Shown one piece after another: positions 47,569 to 57,030 of a stretch of 64,000 nucleotides of DNA. The notes beneath the pieces were generated by a model. That model was not told the DNA's origin. It was given only the letters and a program-made list of their open reading frames with translations, and did not search any database. Every line of letters begins with the position of its first letter. Positions within the stretch are counted from its first letter, which is position 1. The translations under genes and the position numbers were made by a program. Source of the DNA: Candidatus Krumholzibacteriia bacterium (lineage in GTDB: Bacteria > Krumholzibacteriota > Krumholzibacteriia > LZORAL124-64-63); NCBI GenBank assembly GCA_046484865.1, contig JAWOID010000079.1, positions 1 to 64,000 of the forward strand, given 5' to 3'.

Positions 47569-47907
47569 GTGTACCTGGCCGCCGCCATCCAGCGGGCCGC
47601 CGCCGCCGGCGACGCGCTGGCCGCCGCCATCGCGGCGGGCGACCCGACCGCCGCCGCTCCCCTGATCGAGGAGCGCCAGAAGGCGCTGAACGCGCTGCGC
47701 GAGGCGCTGGACGGCGCGGATGCCGCCGAGCGGAGCACCTGCCGGGCGGCCTGGGACGTCCTGGTGGCGGCCGACCGGCGCCTGCAGGCGACCGCCGCGA
47801 CGGCGCGCGACGTCCTCGGCGACGCCGTCGCCGCCCGGCCGGCACACGCGGGCGCCGGGAATCCCTACTGCAGCCCCGCTCCCACCTGCTACGACCGCCA
47901 GGCTTGA
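47569..47907 (+). CDS. FliT-like small helical protein
   Basis: GAGGAGG RBS then GTG; LIEERQKAL, D-R-R-L; after fliS. Confidence 0.6.
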   Translation: MYLAAAIQRAAAAGDALAAAIAAGDPTAAAPLIEERQKALNALREALDGADAAERSTCRAAWDVLVAADRRLQATAATARDVLGDAVAARPAHAGAGNPYCSPAPTCYDRQA

Positions 47908-48050
47908 CGGCGAACAACCTCGCACGTCACGCGAAGCCTCGAGGGCAATCTCCTCGGGCCGCGTCAGTTATCGGATCATGGTTCGGGATGCGAGATCGGC
48001 CCGTACGACGCCGGGCCCGCGGTTGCCCCCGCCAGGCGGCGGGTCGCGGC

Positions 48051-48314
48051 TCACTCGTCGGGCTTCTCGTCCTTCTCGTCGGGCGGCTCCTTGCGGGACC
48101 GCTTGCGGAGGGCGCCGAGATCGACCTCGTCCGACCGCGAGGCCTTCAGCGTGGCGCTCTTGATCTCCTCGTAGATCTCGTGGCGATGGACGGGAATGGA
48201 GCGGGGTGCGTCGATACCGATCTGGACCTGGTCGCCACGGATGTCGACGATCATGATCGAGATGTCGTCCCCGATCATGATCTTCTCGTTGCGTTTCCGG
48301 CTGAGTATGAGCAC
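48051..48314 (-). CDS. csrA: Carbon storage regulator CsrA
   Basis: [25 protein letters not shown]. Confidence 0.96.
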   Translation of the reverse strand: MLILSRKRNEKIMIGDDISIMIVDIRGDQVQIGIDAPRSIPVHRHEIYEEIKSATLKASRSDEVDLGALRKRSRKEPPDEKDEKPDE

Positions 48315-48349
48315 GGGACCTCCCTGTCCGCGCCTGGTCCTGGCATCGT

Positions 48350-48901
48350 TCAGACCACGGCGTCGACGGCCTCCGCCTCGCGCCGGGTCTCGTCCCTGCC
48401 GCCGTCGCCGCAGGCTCCGGCGCCAGCCGGGAGCTCATTGTCCGACGACTCCGATTTGACGGCAAGGCCAAATTTGAAGTAGTCCATCTCCTCGCGCACG
48501 GTGTAGAGATCGTCGTCCCGCGCCACCTGGGCGCCCAGGCGGGTCTCGGTGTCGAGCACCAGCGGGGCCATCAGGTTGCCGGTGACCCGGCTACCGCCCT
48601 CGTGCACGGTCGTGATCACCAGGACCGCCAGATTCTCCAGCTCGCGGTTCTCCAGCCGCAGCTTCACGCTCCGGGGGATCTGCACCTCGTAGTCGTCCCG
48701 GAACAGCTCCGGCTGAGTGACCGGGAAGCCGAAATCGCCCCGTTCCACCGACTGGAGCCACTTCATGGGCAGATCGTCGCCCATGTCCAGGATCAGCCAG
48801 CGCCGCAGCTGCGGCATCCCGATCAGGCCCTCGGGCAACCGGACCAGGTCCTCCTCACGGTACTCCAGCTCTCCGAAGCGCACCGACGTGAACTTGGGCA
48901 T
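48350..48901 (-). CDS. fliW: Flagellar assembly factor FliW
   Basis: RFGEL, PEGLIG, WLQS, NLMAP; adjacent to csrA. Confidence 0.92.
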   Translation of the reverse strand: MPKFTSVRFGELEYREEDLVRLPEGLIGMPQLRRWLILDMGDDLPMKWLQSVERGDFGFPVTQPELFRDDYEVQIPRSVKLRLENRELENLAVLVITTVHEGGSRVTGNLMAPLVLDTETRLGAQVARDDDLYTVREEMDYFKFGLAVKSESSDNELPAGAGACGDGGRDETRREAEAVDAVV

Positions 48902-48934
48902 CTCCGTCTCCTCGCCACCGGCGGCCGACCGCCG

Positions 48935-50473
48935 TTACCGCAGGTACATCATGAGGTTCTGATCGAACAGCTTGCTGGTCACCAGCAGGCTCGCCTGGTA
49001 GATCGTCTCGGCGCGGCTCAGGTCGGTCGTCACCCGGGCCATGTCCGCGTCCCGCTCGAGGGAGAGATTCGTGCGCAGCCGTTCGTCCCGCTGACGCAGG
49101 ACCCCGTCGATCCAGTCGAGGTCGTTCTGCCGGCCGCCGGTGCGGATGATCTCCCCCTGGACGACCTGCTCCAGGGCCGCCAGCTCGGTGAGTGCGCCGC
49201 GGATGCGGGCGGGGTCGCCGTCCAGCAGGTCCGCCTTGAGATCCTCGAGCAGGCCGAAGAGGCGCACGGGCGTGCCCGTCCCCCCCAGGCCCAGCACGGC
49301 GGCCGTGTCGCCGCCGGCGCTCACGACGGTGAACATCTCGGGAGCACCGTAGACCAGGTCGAGACTCGACGCCTGCAGGCGCAGTTCCATGCCCGGTACC
49401 GCCGCCGAGATCAGCGCCTGCAGGTCGGCGACGGTCGTCGCCGAGGAGAGGTCCACGGTGGTGGTGGTCCCCGCCACGGTGATCTCGATCGAACCCAGGG
49501 GCAGGCGGCCGGCCAGGCTCTCGATGGAGGCGAGCGGCGTGGCGGGCGCCACCGCCGGCCGCACGTCGCGCCCGGTGAGCGTGCCCGATGCGGAGGTACC
49601 GCGCAGGCCCAGGCTGGTCGCGGTCTGCCCGTCGCCCGACTCGGCGACCGTCAGCGGGCCGTTGCCCGTCAGCTGGAGGGCCGAGCCGTCGGCGCTCACG
49701 TCCAGGGTCACCGCGCCGCCGGTCGCGGCCGCCACGGCGGCCATGGCGTCGCCCACCGTGTTCGCCCCCGACAGGTCCACGGTCCAGCTGGCGCCGGTGC
49801 CGTCCTCGATCCGGATGCTGCCGGCCGTCCAGCCCTGGCCGAGGTTCAGGTCGCTCAGGGCGGTGGCGGCGTCGAGGCGCGGCGCCATGTCCGCACCGCC
49901 CGGCAGCACGCTGCTGCGAGCCCCCATGAACCGCTCGCCGGCGATGTTGATGGTCAGGTCGGTACCGGGACCGGTCGGCGTGACGATGTCGCCGCCGTCG
50001 CCCTGGTAGATCACCGCATCCCCGGTGCGCACGAAGGGGGGCGCGTCCGTGCGGTGGCCGCCGAAGATGTAGTTCCCCTCCACGGCCGTGTTCAGGGTGC
50101 TGATCAGGCGATCCATCAGGTTGTCCACGGCGATCGTCGCGTTCCGGCGCGACTCGGCCGTGGCCACGGCCGACGACTCCCGCAGCACCAGCTCGCGCAC
50201 CTCGGCGAGGGTGGCGCTCATGTCCTGCAGCGCCGAGTCGGTGGAGTCGACCAGAGTGCGCGCGCGGCTCACGTTACGCAGGTACTGGTCGTTGCCGGCC
50301 ACCAGGCTCGAGTACCGCTGGATCGCGGCCACCGCCCGCGGATCGTCCGCGAACGAGAGGATCCTGCGCATGCTGCCGGCCTGCCGCTGCTTCTGCAGCA
50401 GGCGCCCCAGGGCGCTGTTGAGGTCGTTCACCATCAGCTTCGACATGTAGCTGTCGGAGATGCGGATCGTCAT
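48935..50473 (-). CDS. flgL: Hook-associated protein 3 FlgL, long form (512 aa)
   Basis: ADDP, GNYIFGG...PF, YQGD, YQASL, LMMYLR; start ATG 50473 after GGAGG-like RBS. Confidence 0.92.
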   Translation of the reverse strand: MTIRISDSYMSKLMVNDLNSALGRLLQKQRQAGSMRRILSFADDPRAVAAIQRYSSLVAGNDQYLRNVSRARTLVDSTDSALQDMSATLAEVRELVLRESSAVATAESRRNATIAVDNLMDRLISTLNTAVEGNYIFGGHRTDAPPFVRTGDAVIYQGDGGDIVTPTGPGTDLTINIAGERFMGARSSVLPGGADMAPRLDAATALSDLNLGQGWTAGSIRIEDGTGASWTVDLSGANTVGDAMAAVAAATGGAVTLDVSADGSALQLTGNGPLTVAESGDGQTATSLGLRGTSASGTLTGRDVRPAVAPATPLASIESLAGRLPLGSIEITVAGTTTTVDLSSATTVADLQALISAAVPGMELRLQASSLDLVYGAPEMFTVVSAGGDTAAVLGLGGTGTPVRLFGLLEDLKADLLDGDPARIRGALTELAALEQVVQGEIIRTGGRQNDLDWIDGVLRQRDERLRTNLSLERDADMARVTTDLSRAETIYQASLLVTSKLFDQNLMMYLR

Positions 50474-50484
50474 GGCCGCCCCTC

Positions 50485-51852
50485 CTAGACCATGTTCAGG
50501 AGCGTGTCGTACAGCTCCTGCACGGTGGAGATCACCTTGGCCGCGGCGCCGTAGGTCTGCTGGTAGCGCACCATGTTCGCGCCCTCCTCGTCCATGCTCA
50601 CGCCGCTCACCCTGGCGATCCGCGCCTCGATGCTGCCGACCAGGTTCTGCTGGTTGTCCACCAGGAACTCGAAGCTCGAGCGCTGCGACGCGAGATCGAT
50701 CAGCAGGGATCGGTAGCGGTCGCCCACGCCCTGCCCGCCGGCCTCCCCGCCGCCGTTGGCCAGCTCGGCGATGGCGCGCGCGATGTCGTTGTCGCCGGGA
50801 GCGCCGCTGCGGGAGGTCGCCACCAGGGACGGATCGTCCTGGATCGCCGCGATCACGTCGATGGTGTGGATGGAGTCGCCTGTGAAGAACGGCAGACCCG
50901 AGGCCAGGCCGCTGTTGCCCTCGCTGTGCAGCGCGTTGACGCTCTCGATGAGCGCGCGCGCCACCTCGTCGAGCTTCTCGCGGACGGACGTCACGTGGAC
51001 GTCGCGGGACGTCAGCAGTCCCTCGAGCCGCCCCTCGGAGAGCTTGACGTCGCGCAGGTTGTCCTGCGTGACCACGGTCATCTTGTAACCGTCGCCGTCC
51101 TGCACGTAGCGTGACGTGAAGCGCTGGAACGAGCCGCGTGTGACCATGGTCCGGCCGGCCAGGATCACGTCCTTGCTGCCGTCGTCGCGCTCGATCACCG
51201 ACACTTCCGCGATGCGCGACACCTCGGTGATCAGGCGATCGCGCGCGTCGCGCAGGTCGTTCGCCGCCTCGCCGCCCACCTCCGCCGCCATGATATGCTC
51301 GTTGAGTCCGGCCACCTGAGCGAGCAGATCGTTCAGCTGGACGATCTCCTGCTGCACCGCCTGCTCGATGTTGCGTTCCATGTCGTCGAGGCCGTTGCTG
51401 AGCGCATGGAAGTCGGCCACCAGACTCTGCGCGGAGCTCACGACCGACTGCTTCAGACCCGGGTTCGCGGGCGGCGTGGCGAGATCGCTCCAGGCATTGA
51501 AGAAGTCGGTGAGGGCGTCGCCGAGATGGTCGTTGTCCACCGAGCCGAGAATCGCTTCCAGGTCGTACAGCGTGGCGTCCGCCGTGGCGTAGCTCTCGTA
51601 CTTGGCCGCCTGCTTGCGCAGGTTCGCCAGCAGGAACTCGTCCTGCATCCGCCGGATGCCCGCGATGTCCACGCCCCGGCCGATCGCGCCGAAGGTGAGC
51701 ATCAGGGGCCGGCGCGCGGCGAACACCGTCTGCTGGCGGCTGTAGCCGGGCGTGCCGGCGTTGGCGATGTTGTGGCTGACCGTCGCCAGACCCGCCTGCG
51801 CGGCGAACATCGCCGAGAGGCTCGTGTCCATCACGTGGCCCAGACCGCCCAT
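50485..51852 (-). CDS. flgK: Hook-associated protein 1 FlgK
   Basis: HNIANAGTPGYSRQ, NDLRDARD, SGVSMDEE, YGAAAKVI. Confidence 0.95.
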   Translation of the reverse strand: MGGLGHVMDTSLSAMFAAQAGLATVSHNIANAGTPGYSRQQTVFAARRPLMLTFGAIGRGVDIAGIRRMQDEFLLANLRKQAAKYESYATADATLYDLEAILGSVDNDHLGDALTDFFNAWSDLATPPANPGLKQSVVSSAQSLVADFHALSNGLDDMERNIEQAVQQEIVQLNDLLAQVAGLNEHIMAAEVGGEAANDLRDARDRLITEVSRIAEVSVIERDDGSKDVILAGRTMVTRGSFQRFTSRYVQDGDGYKMTVVTQDNLRDVKLSEGRLEGLLTSRDVHVTSVREKLDEVARALIESVNALHSEGNSGLASGLPFFTGDSIHTIDVIAAIQDDPSLVATSRSGAPGDNDIARAIAELANGGGEAGGQGVGDRYRSLLIDLASQRSSFEFLVDNQQNLVGSIEARIARVSGVSMDEEGANMVRYQQTYGAAAKVISTVQELYDTLLNMV

Positions 51853-51879
51853 GGCTCTCTCCTCTTTCCGCGGCGGCCG

Positions 51880-52413
51880 TCAGGCCTGCCGCACCAGGAC
51901 GCCGCCGGGACCCGCGGTGGTGCGCCGGGCGTCGCCGCCGTAGCGGCCGGCCGGATCCTGCAGGACGCCGTTGCGGAAGATCTCCGTCTCCTCCTGGAGC
52001 AGATCCAGGCAGTAGCGGGTCAGATGACGGTTCAGCTCGTTGCGACGGGCCAGCTCGGTGGTGACCGCCAGCAGACCGCTGACGCGGCTGCGCACCGCGG
52101 TCTTCACGTCCATCGGAGCGTAGTCCAGCAGCGCGGTCGGCGACGGCGGCGGGGCGGTGAAGCCCAGGCGCCGGGCGCAGTCGGCCACGTACGACTCCCG
52201 GGCGCGCCGGGCAGCGGTCGCCAGCGGCAGATACTTCCCCCACTCCGCCGCATTGCTCTCCAGTCGCCCGAGGTCGTGGCAGCCGAGGTACCGGTTCTGG
52301 CGCCGGGTCAGCCGGACCAGTCGCCGGTAGGCGCGTTCCTCCGCCTCGAGCAGCGAGCAGATCTCGCGGGCCTCCTGCGCGGTCAGGATCGATTCACGGG
52401 TGGAACTGCTCAT
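51880..52413 (-). CDS. flgN: Export chaperone FlgN
   Basis: LLEAEERAYRRL, ELARRNELN..L; upstream of flgK; GGAGG RBS. Confidence 0.78.
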   Translation of the reverse strand: MSSSTRESILTAQEAREICSLLEAEERAYRRLVRLTRRQNRYLGCHDLGRLESNAAEWGKYLPLATAARRARESYVADCARRLGFTAPPPSPTALLDYAPMDVKTAVRSRVSGLLAVTTELARRNELNRHLTRYCLDLLQEETEIFRNGVLQDPAGRYGGDARRTTAGPGGVLVRQA

Positions 52414-53471
52414 GACTCCTCCGCTGCCGGCGGCTCGGGTTCGAGGACGGTCGGGGCGGGAACCCCGCCAGAACCGTGCCACTCGGCGCCAGCGCGGCCA
52501 GATCCACGCGGTGGCGGCGCGAGCTTCCCGTAGAGGTCGAGGACCTTCTCGACGTAGCGCCGGGTTTCGGGGTAGTCCGGCACCGCGCGACCGGCGCGGT
52601 CCACGCTGCCGGGACCGGCGTTGTAGGCCGCCAGGGCGAGGTCCAGCCGACCCGCATAACGCTCCAGGAGGCCGCCCAGGTAGCGCGCGCCGCCCAGCAC
52701 GTTCTCCTCCGGGCGGTCCGGGTCCACGCCCACCTCGCGCGCCGTGCCCGGCATCAACTGCATCAGTCCGCGCGCCCCGCGCGGCGAGACGGCGTCGGCC
52801 CGGCCCGCCGATTCCGCCTGCATCACTGCCAGCACCAGGGCCGGATCCACGTCGGTCTCGTCGCTGGCACGCGCGATGGCGCCGCCCCAGGTGCGCAGGG
52901 TGTCGGCCGCCGCCGGCGCCGCCCCGGGGGCGAGCGTCGCCAGCTCGCGCACCCGCTCCAGCGCCGTGGGCGCCCGCGAGCCGGTCTCGGTGCGATAGGC
53001 GGCGAGTCCCCTGCGCACCGCCGGTGCGGCCGGGGGTGCGGGGGGTGCCGGCGGCGTCGGCGGCGTCGGCGCGTCCGGCTCGTCGGTGGCCGCATTCAAC
53101 TGCTTGATCACCATCTCGGCGATACCAACGCCCGAATGCCCGCCCGCGAGGTGGCGGGCCAGCTCCGCATCGTGCAGGTCCCGGTAGATGGCGCCGGCGC
53201 CGCCTTGCGAGAATAGGCCGCCCTCGGGGACGGTCGCCCGCATGGCGCGCATCAGGACGCCCAGGAACACGGCCTCGAACTCCCGCGCCGCCCCCTCGAG
53301 CGCGGCGCGCTCGCGGTCCGGCGCGGCCGGCTTTCCCGCGTCCGGCGCGGTGTCGATGCCTGCGGGGGCGACGGCGCCCGCGCCGGCCGTCGGCGGGTTG
53401 CCGGCGCCGGCGATCCGCGGCGTGGCGGCACCGGCGATCGGCGTGGGCGGACCGTGCACCTCGATGCTCAC
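52410..53471 (-). CDS. flgJ: FlgJ: rod-binding domain fused to SLT lytic transglycosylase
   Basis: AAREFEAVFL..LMRAMRAT, GIAEMVIKQL; AVMQAES, GARGLMQL, ALAAYNAG. Confidence 0.88.
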   Translation of the reverse strand: MSIEVHGPPTPIAGAATPRIAGAGNPPTAGAGAVAPAGIDTAPDAGKPAAPDRERAALEGAAREFEAVFLGVLMRAMRATVPEGGLFSQGGAGAIYRDLHDAELARHLAGGHSGVGIAEMVIKQLNAATDEPDAPTPPTPPAPPAPPAAPAVRRGLAAYRTETGSRAPTALERVRELATLAPGAAPAAADTLRTWGGAIARASDETDVDPALVLAVMQAESAGRADAVSPRGARGLMQLMPGTAREVGVDPDRPEENVLGGARYLGGLLERYAGRLDLALAAYNAGPGSVDRAGRAVPDYPETRRYVEKVLDLYGKLAPPPRGSGRAGAEWHGSGGVPAPTVLEPEPPAAEES

Positions 53472-53472
53472 G

Positions 53473-54594
53473 TCACAGCACCACCAGTTCCGCCTGGAGC
53501 GCGCCGGCCTGCTTGAGGGCCTCGAGGATGGCGATGATGTCCCGAGGACTCGCGCCGATGTCGTTGAGCACTCCGACCACGTCGGCCACGGTGCTCGTCT
53601 CGGGAATGCGCAGGACCTGGGCCTCGCGGTCGTCCACCTGGGTCTGGACGTCCGGCGTCACCACCGTGCGGCCGGCCGGCGAGAAGGGCGCGGGCTGGGA
53701 GACGTCGTACCAGGTCTTGATCGTCACCTTGAGGGTGCCGTGGGCCACGGCCGCCTCCTTGAGGACCACGTTGGCGCCCACGATGATGGTGCCGGTGCGC
53801 TCGTTGATCACCACCCGGGCCGCCGCGTCGCTGCGGGTGCGCAGCTCGCTCATGGCGGCGATGAAGGCCACCGGTTCGTCGAGGTGCGCCGGCGGCAAGG
53901 TCACCTCGATCCGCTGCGCGGTGGAAGCCCTGGCCACCGACTCCCCGTAGATGGCGTTGATGGAGTTCGCCACGTTCGCGGCCGTGCTGAAATCGGGATG
54001 GTGCAGCAGCCAGGCCACCCGCCCGCCGGAGATGTACTGCGATGGCAGCAGCCGCTTCACCGTGCCGCCGCCGGGCACGAGCCCGACGGTGGCGTGATTC
54101 TTCCGGAAGCTGTTGTTGGCCCCGCTCTTGATGTTGAAGCCGCCGATGGAGACGCTCCCCTGCGCCACGACGACCACGGTGCCGTCGAGCGCCAGCAGCG
54201 GCGTCATCACCAACTGCCCGCCCTCCAGGCTCGACGCATCTCCGATCGACGAGACCGTCACGTTCACGCGGCTACCCACCGCCACGCCGGGATCGAGCTG
54301 CGCCGTCACCAGGACGGCCGCCACGTTCTTCATCTTGAGCTGCTCCGGGTCCACGGTCAGCCCCAGCCGCTCGAGCATGGCGCTCAGCGAGTTCAAGGTG
54401 GACTCCGAGCCCTGGCCGTCGCCGGTGCCGCCGAGCCCGACCACGATGCCGTAGCCCACCAGCGGCTCGCTGGACGTCCCCTCCAGCCGCGCCAGATCCT
54501 TGATGCGCGACTCGGCCTCCGCCTTCGCGCTGCCGGCGAGAAGGGTGGCGACCGCCAGGATGACGATGGTCACGACGATGGTGGCGCGGCGCAT
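53473..54594 (-). CDS. flgI: P-ring protein FlgI
   Basis: Signal peptide; RIKDL, GYGIVVGL, KNVAAV, INERTGTII, ALKQAGAL. Confidence 0.96.
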   Translation of the reverse strand: MRRATIVVTIVILAVATLLAGSAKAEAESRIKDLARLEGTSSEPLVGYGIVVGLGGTGDGQGSESTLNSLSAMLERLGLTVDPEQLKMKNVAAVLVTAQLDPGVAVGSRVNVTVSSIGDASSLEGGQLVMTPLLALDGTVVVVAQGSVSIGGFNIKSGANNSFRKNHATVGLVPGGGTVKRLLPSQYISGGRVAWLLHHPDFSTAANVANSINAIYGESVARASTAQRIEVTLPPAHLDEPVAFIAAMSELRTRSDAAARVVINERTGTIIVGANVVLKEAAVAHGTLKVTIKTWYDVSQPAPFSPAGRTVVTPDVQTQVDDREAQVLRIPETSTVADVVGVLNDIGASPRDIIAILEALKQAGALQAELVVL

Positions 54595-54605
54595 GGGGTG
54601 CCCTC

Positions 54606-55187
54606 CTAGAAGAGCCAGTGGACGATCTTGGTGACGATGCCGGGCTCGCCGGCGGAGTGGACCGTGCCCGCGCCGGTGTACGCGATCTGGGCGTCGGAGA
54701 TGAAGGTGCTGAGAATCGTGTTGTCGGCGCGGATGTCCCGGGGACGGCAGATGCCGGTGATCTCGATCAGCTGGCTCTCGCCGTTGATCTTCACCATCCG
54801 GCTGCCCTCCAGCCGGTAGTCGCCGTTGTGCAGGACCTCCACCACGCGGGCGGAGATCTCCGCGCGCAGGTCGCCGCTGCGCTGCGTCTTGCCGTCGCCC
54901 TTGTACTTGGACTCGCTCTCGAAGCCCCAGGAGGGGATGAAATCGAGGAAGCCCAGCCCCGGTCCGCCCGAGACCTCGCTCTTCTCGTTCCCGTCGGTCT
55001 TGCTGGTCGTGCTGGCGCTGGTGCGCTCCACGATCAGGATGGTCACCACGTCGCCGAGCACCCGCGCCTTCTGGTTGGTGACCAGCGAGGCGCCGGAATC
55101 CAGGTCGATGAGCGGTTCCGCGGCGCGCGCAGGCGCGGCCGCGCCCACGAGGAGCGCGCACAGGGCGATCGCCAGCATGAGAGGCAT
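54606..55187 (-). CDS. flgH: L-ring protein FlgH
   Basis: KARVLGDVVTILIVE, VVEVLHNG, RPRDI..DN.ILS, DAQIAYTG. Confidence 0.9.
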   Translation of the reverse strand: MPLMLAIALCALLVGAAAPARAAEPLIDLDSGASLVTNQKARVLGDVVTILIVERTSASTTSKTDGNEKSEVSGGPGLGFLDFIPSWGFESESKYKGDGKTQRSGDLRAEISARVVEVLHNGDYRLEGSRMVKINGESQLIEITGICRPRDIRADNTILSTFISDAQIAYTGAGTVHSAGEPGIVTKIVHWLF

Positions 55188-56188
55188 CAGTTCCTCCAGT
55201 CCACCTGACCGGGGCCGGTCACCCGGGCGGTGATCACGCGACCCGTCAGTTCGTTGCGCACGGGAATGGTCTCGCCGAGGGCGCCGTCGCGCCGGGCCGT
55301 GGCGCGAACCGCGACGACCACCGTGCCGCGCCGCACGCGCAGGTCCACGGGCTCGCCGCTGCGCACGATGGCGGTGGGCCGGAGGTCGGCGCTGCGGATG
55401 GGTTGCCCCGGAGCCAGGTCGCGGCCGGCGCTCATCCCCCGCAGGGCCGTACGGCCGGTGGCCACCCCGTGCCGGACCGCGGCGAGGTCGACCCACTCCC
55501 AGGCGCAGTCGTCGTCGTCGAGCCGCGTGCCCGCGGCCAGGGCCCGCCGCGGCACCGGCAGCTCGCCGTATGCGTGCAGCACCGCCTCCACCGTCAGGCG
55601 CTGGACGCGGCCGCCGCTCCGCACCTCGACGGGCAGCAGGTTGCGCCCCGGCGAGAGCGGCCGGGTCTCGCTGGTGCGCACGGACCACGCGCGCGCCACG
55701 GGAATGCTGCGATCCGGCACCGTCACCTCGAGTCGGCTGGGCGGCGCGCCGGGCGCGGCGGCCGGGATCAGCGGGGCGGCGGCAGCTTGCACGGCCTGCA
55801 CCAGTTCCGGGGGCGTCAGCTCGGCGCCCGCGAGCAGGACGCGACACGCGGAGGCGCCGGTGAGGCGCACGTCCGCGGCCAGTCCCAGCGCCACCAGGCG
55901 CCGCAGGATCGCGCGCGCCTCGAGCGTGACCCACCGGCCCGGCGTGCCGCCCGCATGGAGCACCACCTCCGCCGCCGGGTCCGGAACGCTTCCGAGAGCG
56001 ACGTCCGCGAGGCGCACCTCGGTGCCGCCCACGCGGCACGAGTCGGCGAGGTCCAGGGTCCATGCGGCCGCCGGCGCGGCGGTCTGGGCGGTGGCCGCCG
56101 CCAGCAGTGCCAGCAGCACCGGCAGCAGTGCCGGGCGCCGTCGCGCGCGCGCAGCGACAGCGGATGCGATGAGACCCACCACGATCAC
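55187..56188 (-). CDS. flgA: P-ring chaperone FlgA
   Basis: VRLADVA, SAF domain, ARRDGALGETIPVRN. Confidence 0.88.
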   Translation of the reverse strand: MIVVGLIASAVAARARRRPALLPVLLALLAAATAQTAAPAAAWTLDLADSCRVGGTEVRLADVALGSVPDPAAEVVLHAGGTPGRWVTLEARAILRRLVALGLAADVRLTGASACRVLLAGAELTPPELVQAVQAAAAPLIPAAAPGAPPSRLEVTVPDRSIPVARAWSVRTSETRPLSPGRNLLPVEVRSGGRVQRLTVEAVLHAYGELPVPRRALAAGTRLDDDDCAWEWVDLAAVRHGVATGRTALRGMSAGRDLAPGQPIRSADLRPTAIVRSGEPVDLRVRRGTVVVAVRATARRDGALGETIPVRNELTGRVITARVTGPGQVDWRN

Positions 56189-56976
56189 CTCTTCAGCCGG
56201 TTCACGGTCTGGTACATCTCGTCCGCCATGGTGATCGACTTCGAGTTCAGCTCGTACGCCCGCTGCGCCGAGATCATGCTCACCAGCTGGTCCACCGCCT
56301 CGACGTTGCTGCTCTCGAGGAACCCGGAGGTGGTCTCGCCCAGCCCCTCGAGGCCGGGCTGGGCCAGGATCGGCGCGCCCGAATTGGGGGTCTCGAGCAA
56401 CAGGTTGCCGCCGCGTGCCGCCAGCCCGCCCGAGTTCGGAAACCGCGCCAGTTCGAGCCGGCCGATCTCCTGGATCGAGGCGGCGTCGCCCTGCAGCCGC
56501 ACGCCCACCACGCCGTCGCGGCCCACGGCGATCTCCACCGCGTCGGCGGGAACCTGCATCTCCGGCTCCAGGCGATACCCCGCGGAGGTGACCAGGTTGC
56601 GGTCGGCGTCCAGCTTGAAGCTGCCGTCACGGGTGTAGGCGACGCTGCCGTCCGGCAGGCGCACCTGGAAGAACCCGTCGCCCTCGATCATCACGTCGAG
56701 GGGGTTGCCGGTCTGGATCACCATGCCCTGGCCGAGATTCTTGCGCGTGGCCACGAGCCGGACCCCGTGCCCCACCTCGATCCGGTTGGGCGCGGCGCGG
56801 CCGTCCACCCCGAGCGTGCCGCCCGGCGCCACCTGCTCGTACAGCAGGTCCTGGAACTCGGGACGGCTCTCCTTGTAGCCGGTGGTGTTCACGTTCGCGA
56901 GGTTGTTGGCGATCGTGTCGATGTTCAGCTGCTGGGCCTTCATGCCCGAGGCGGCGGTGCTCATCGCTCGCAGCAT
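56185..56976 (-). CDS. flgG: Distal rod protein FlgG
   Basis: NNLANVNTTGYK, FQDLLY, YTRDGSF, AQRAYELNSK. Confidence 0.97.
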   Translation of the reverse strand: MLRAMSTAASGMKAQQLNIDTIANNLANVNTTGYKESRPEFQDLLYEQVAPGGTLGVDGRAAPNRIEVGHGVRLVATRKNLGQGMVIQTGNPLDVMIEGDGFFQVRLPDGSVAYTRDGSFKLDADRNLVTSAGYRLEPEMQVPADAVEIAVGRDGVVGVRLQGDAASIQEIGRLELARFPNSGGLAARGGNLLLETPNSGAPILAQPGLEGLGETTSGFLESSNVEAVDQLVSMISAQRAYELNSKSITMADEMYQTVNRLKR

Positions 56977-57030
56977 GCGTTCTCCTCCGTCATGCGGGAC
57001 TGCCGGGCCGGCGGTTCCTCACCGCCCGCG

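Noticed and set aside
47968..47994. sigma28 -10-like TCCGATAA on the minus strand between convergent genes
   Set aside because: No matching -35 and no downstream gene on that strand.
48935..52243. 1102-aa FlgK-FlgL fusion suggested by the ORF track
   Set aside because: The upstream part is an off-frame overlap with flgK/flgN; flgK has its own stop and flgL its own RBS and ATG at 50473.
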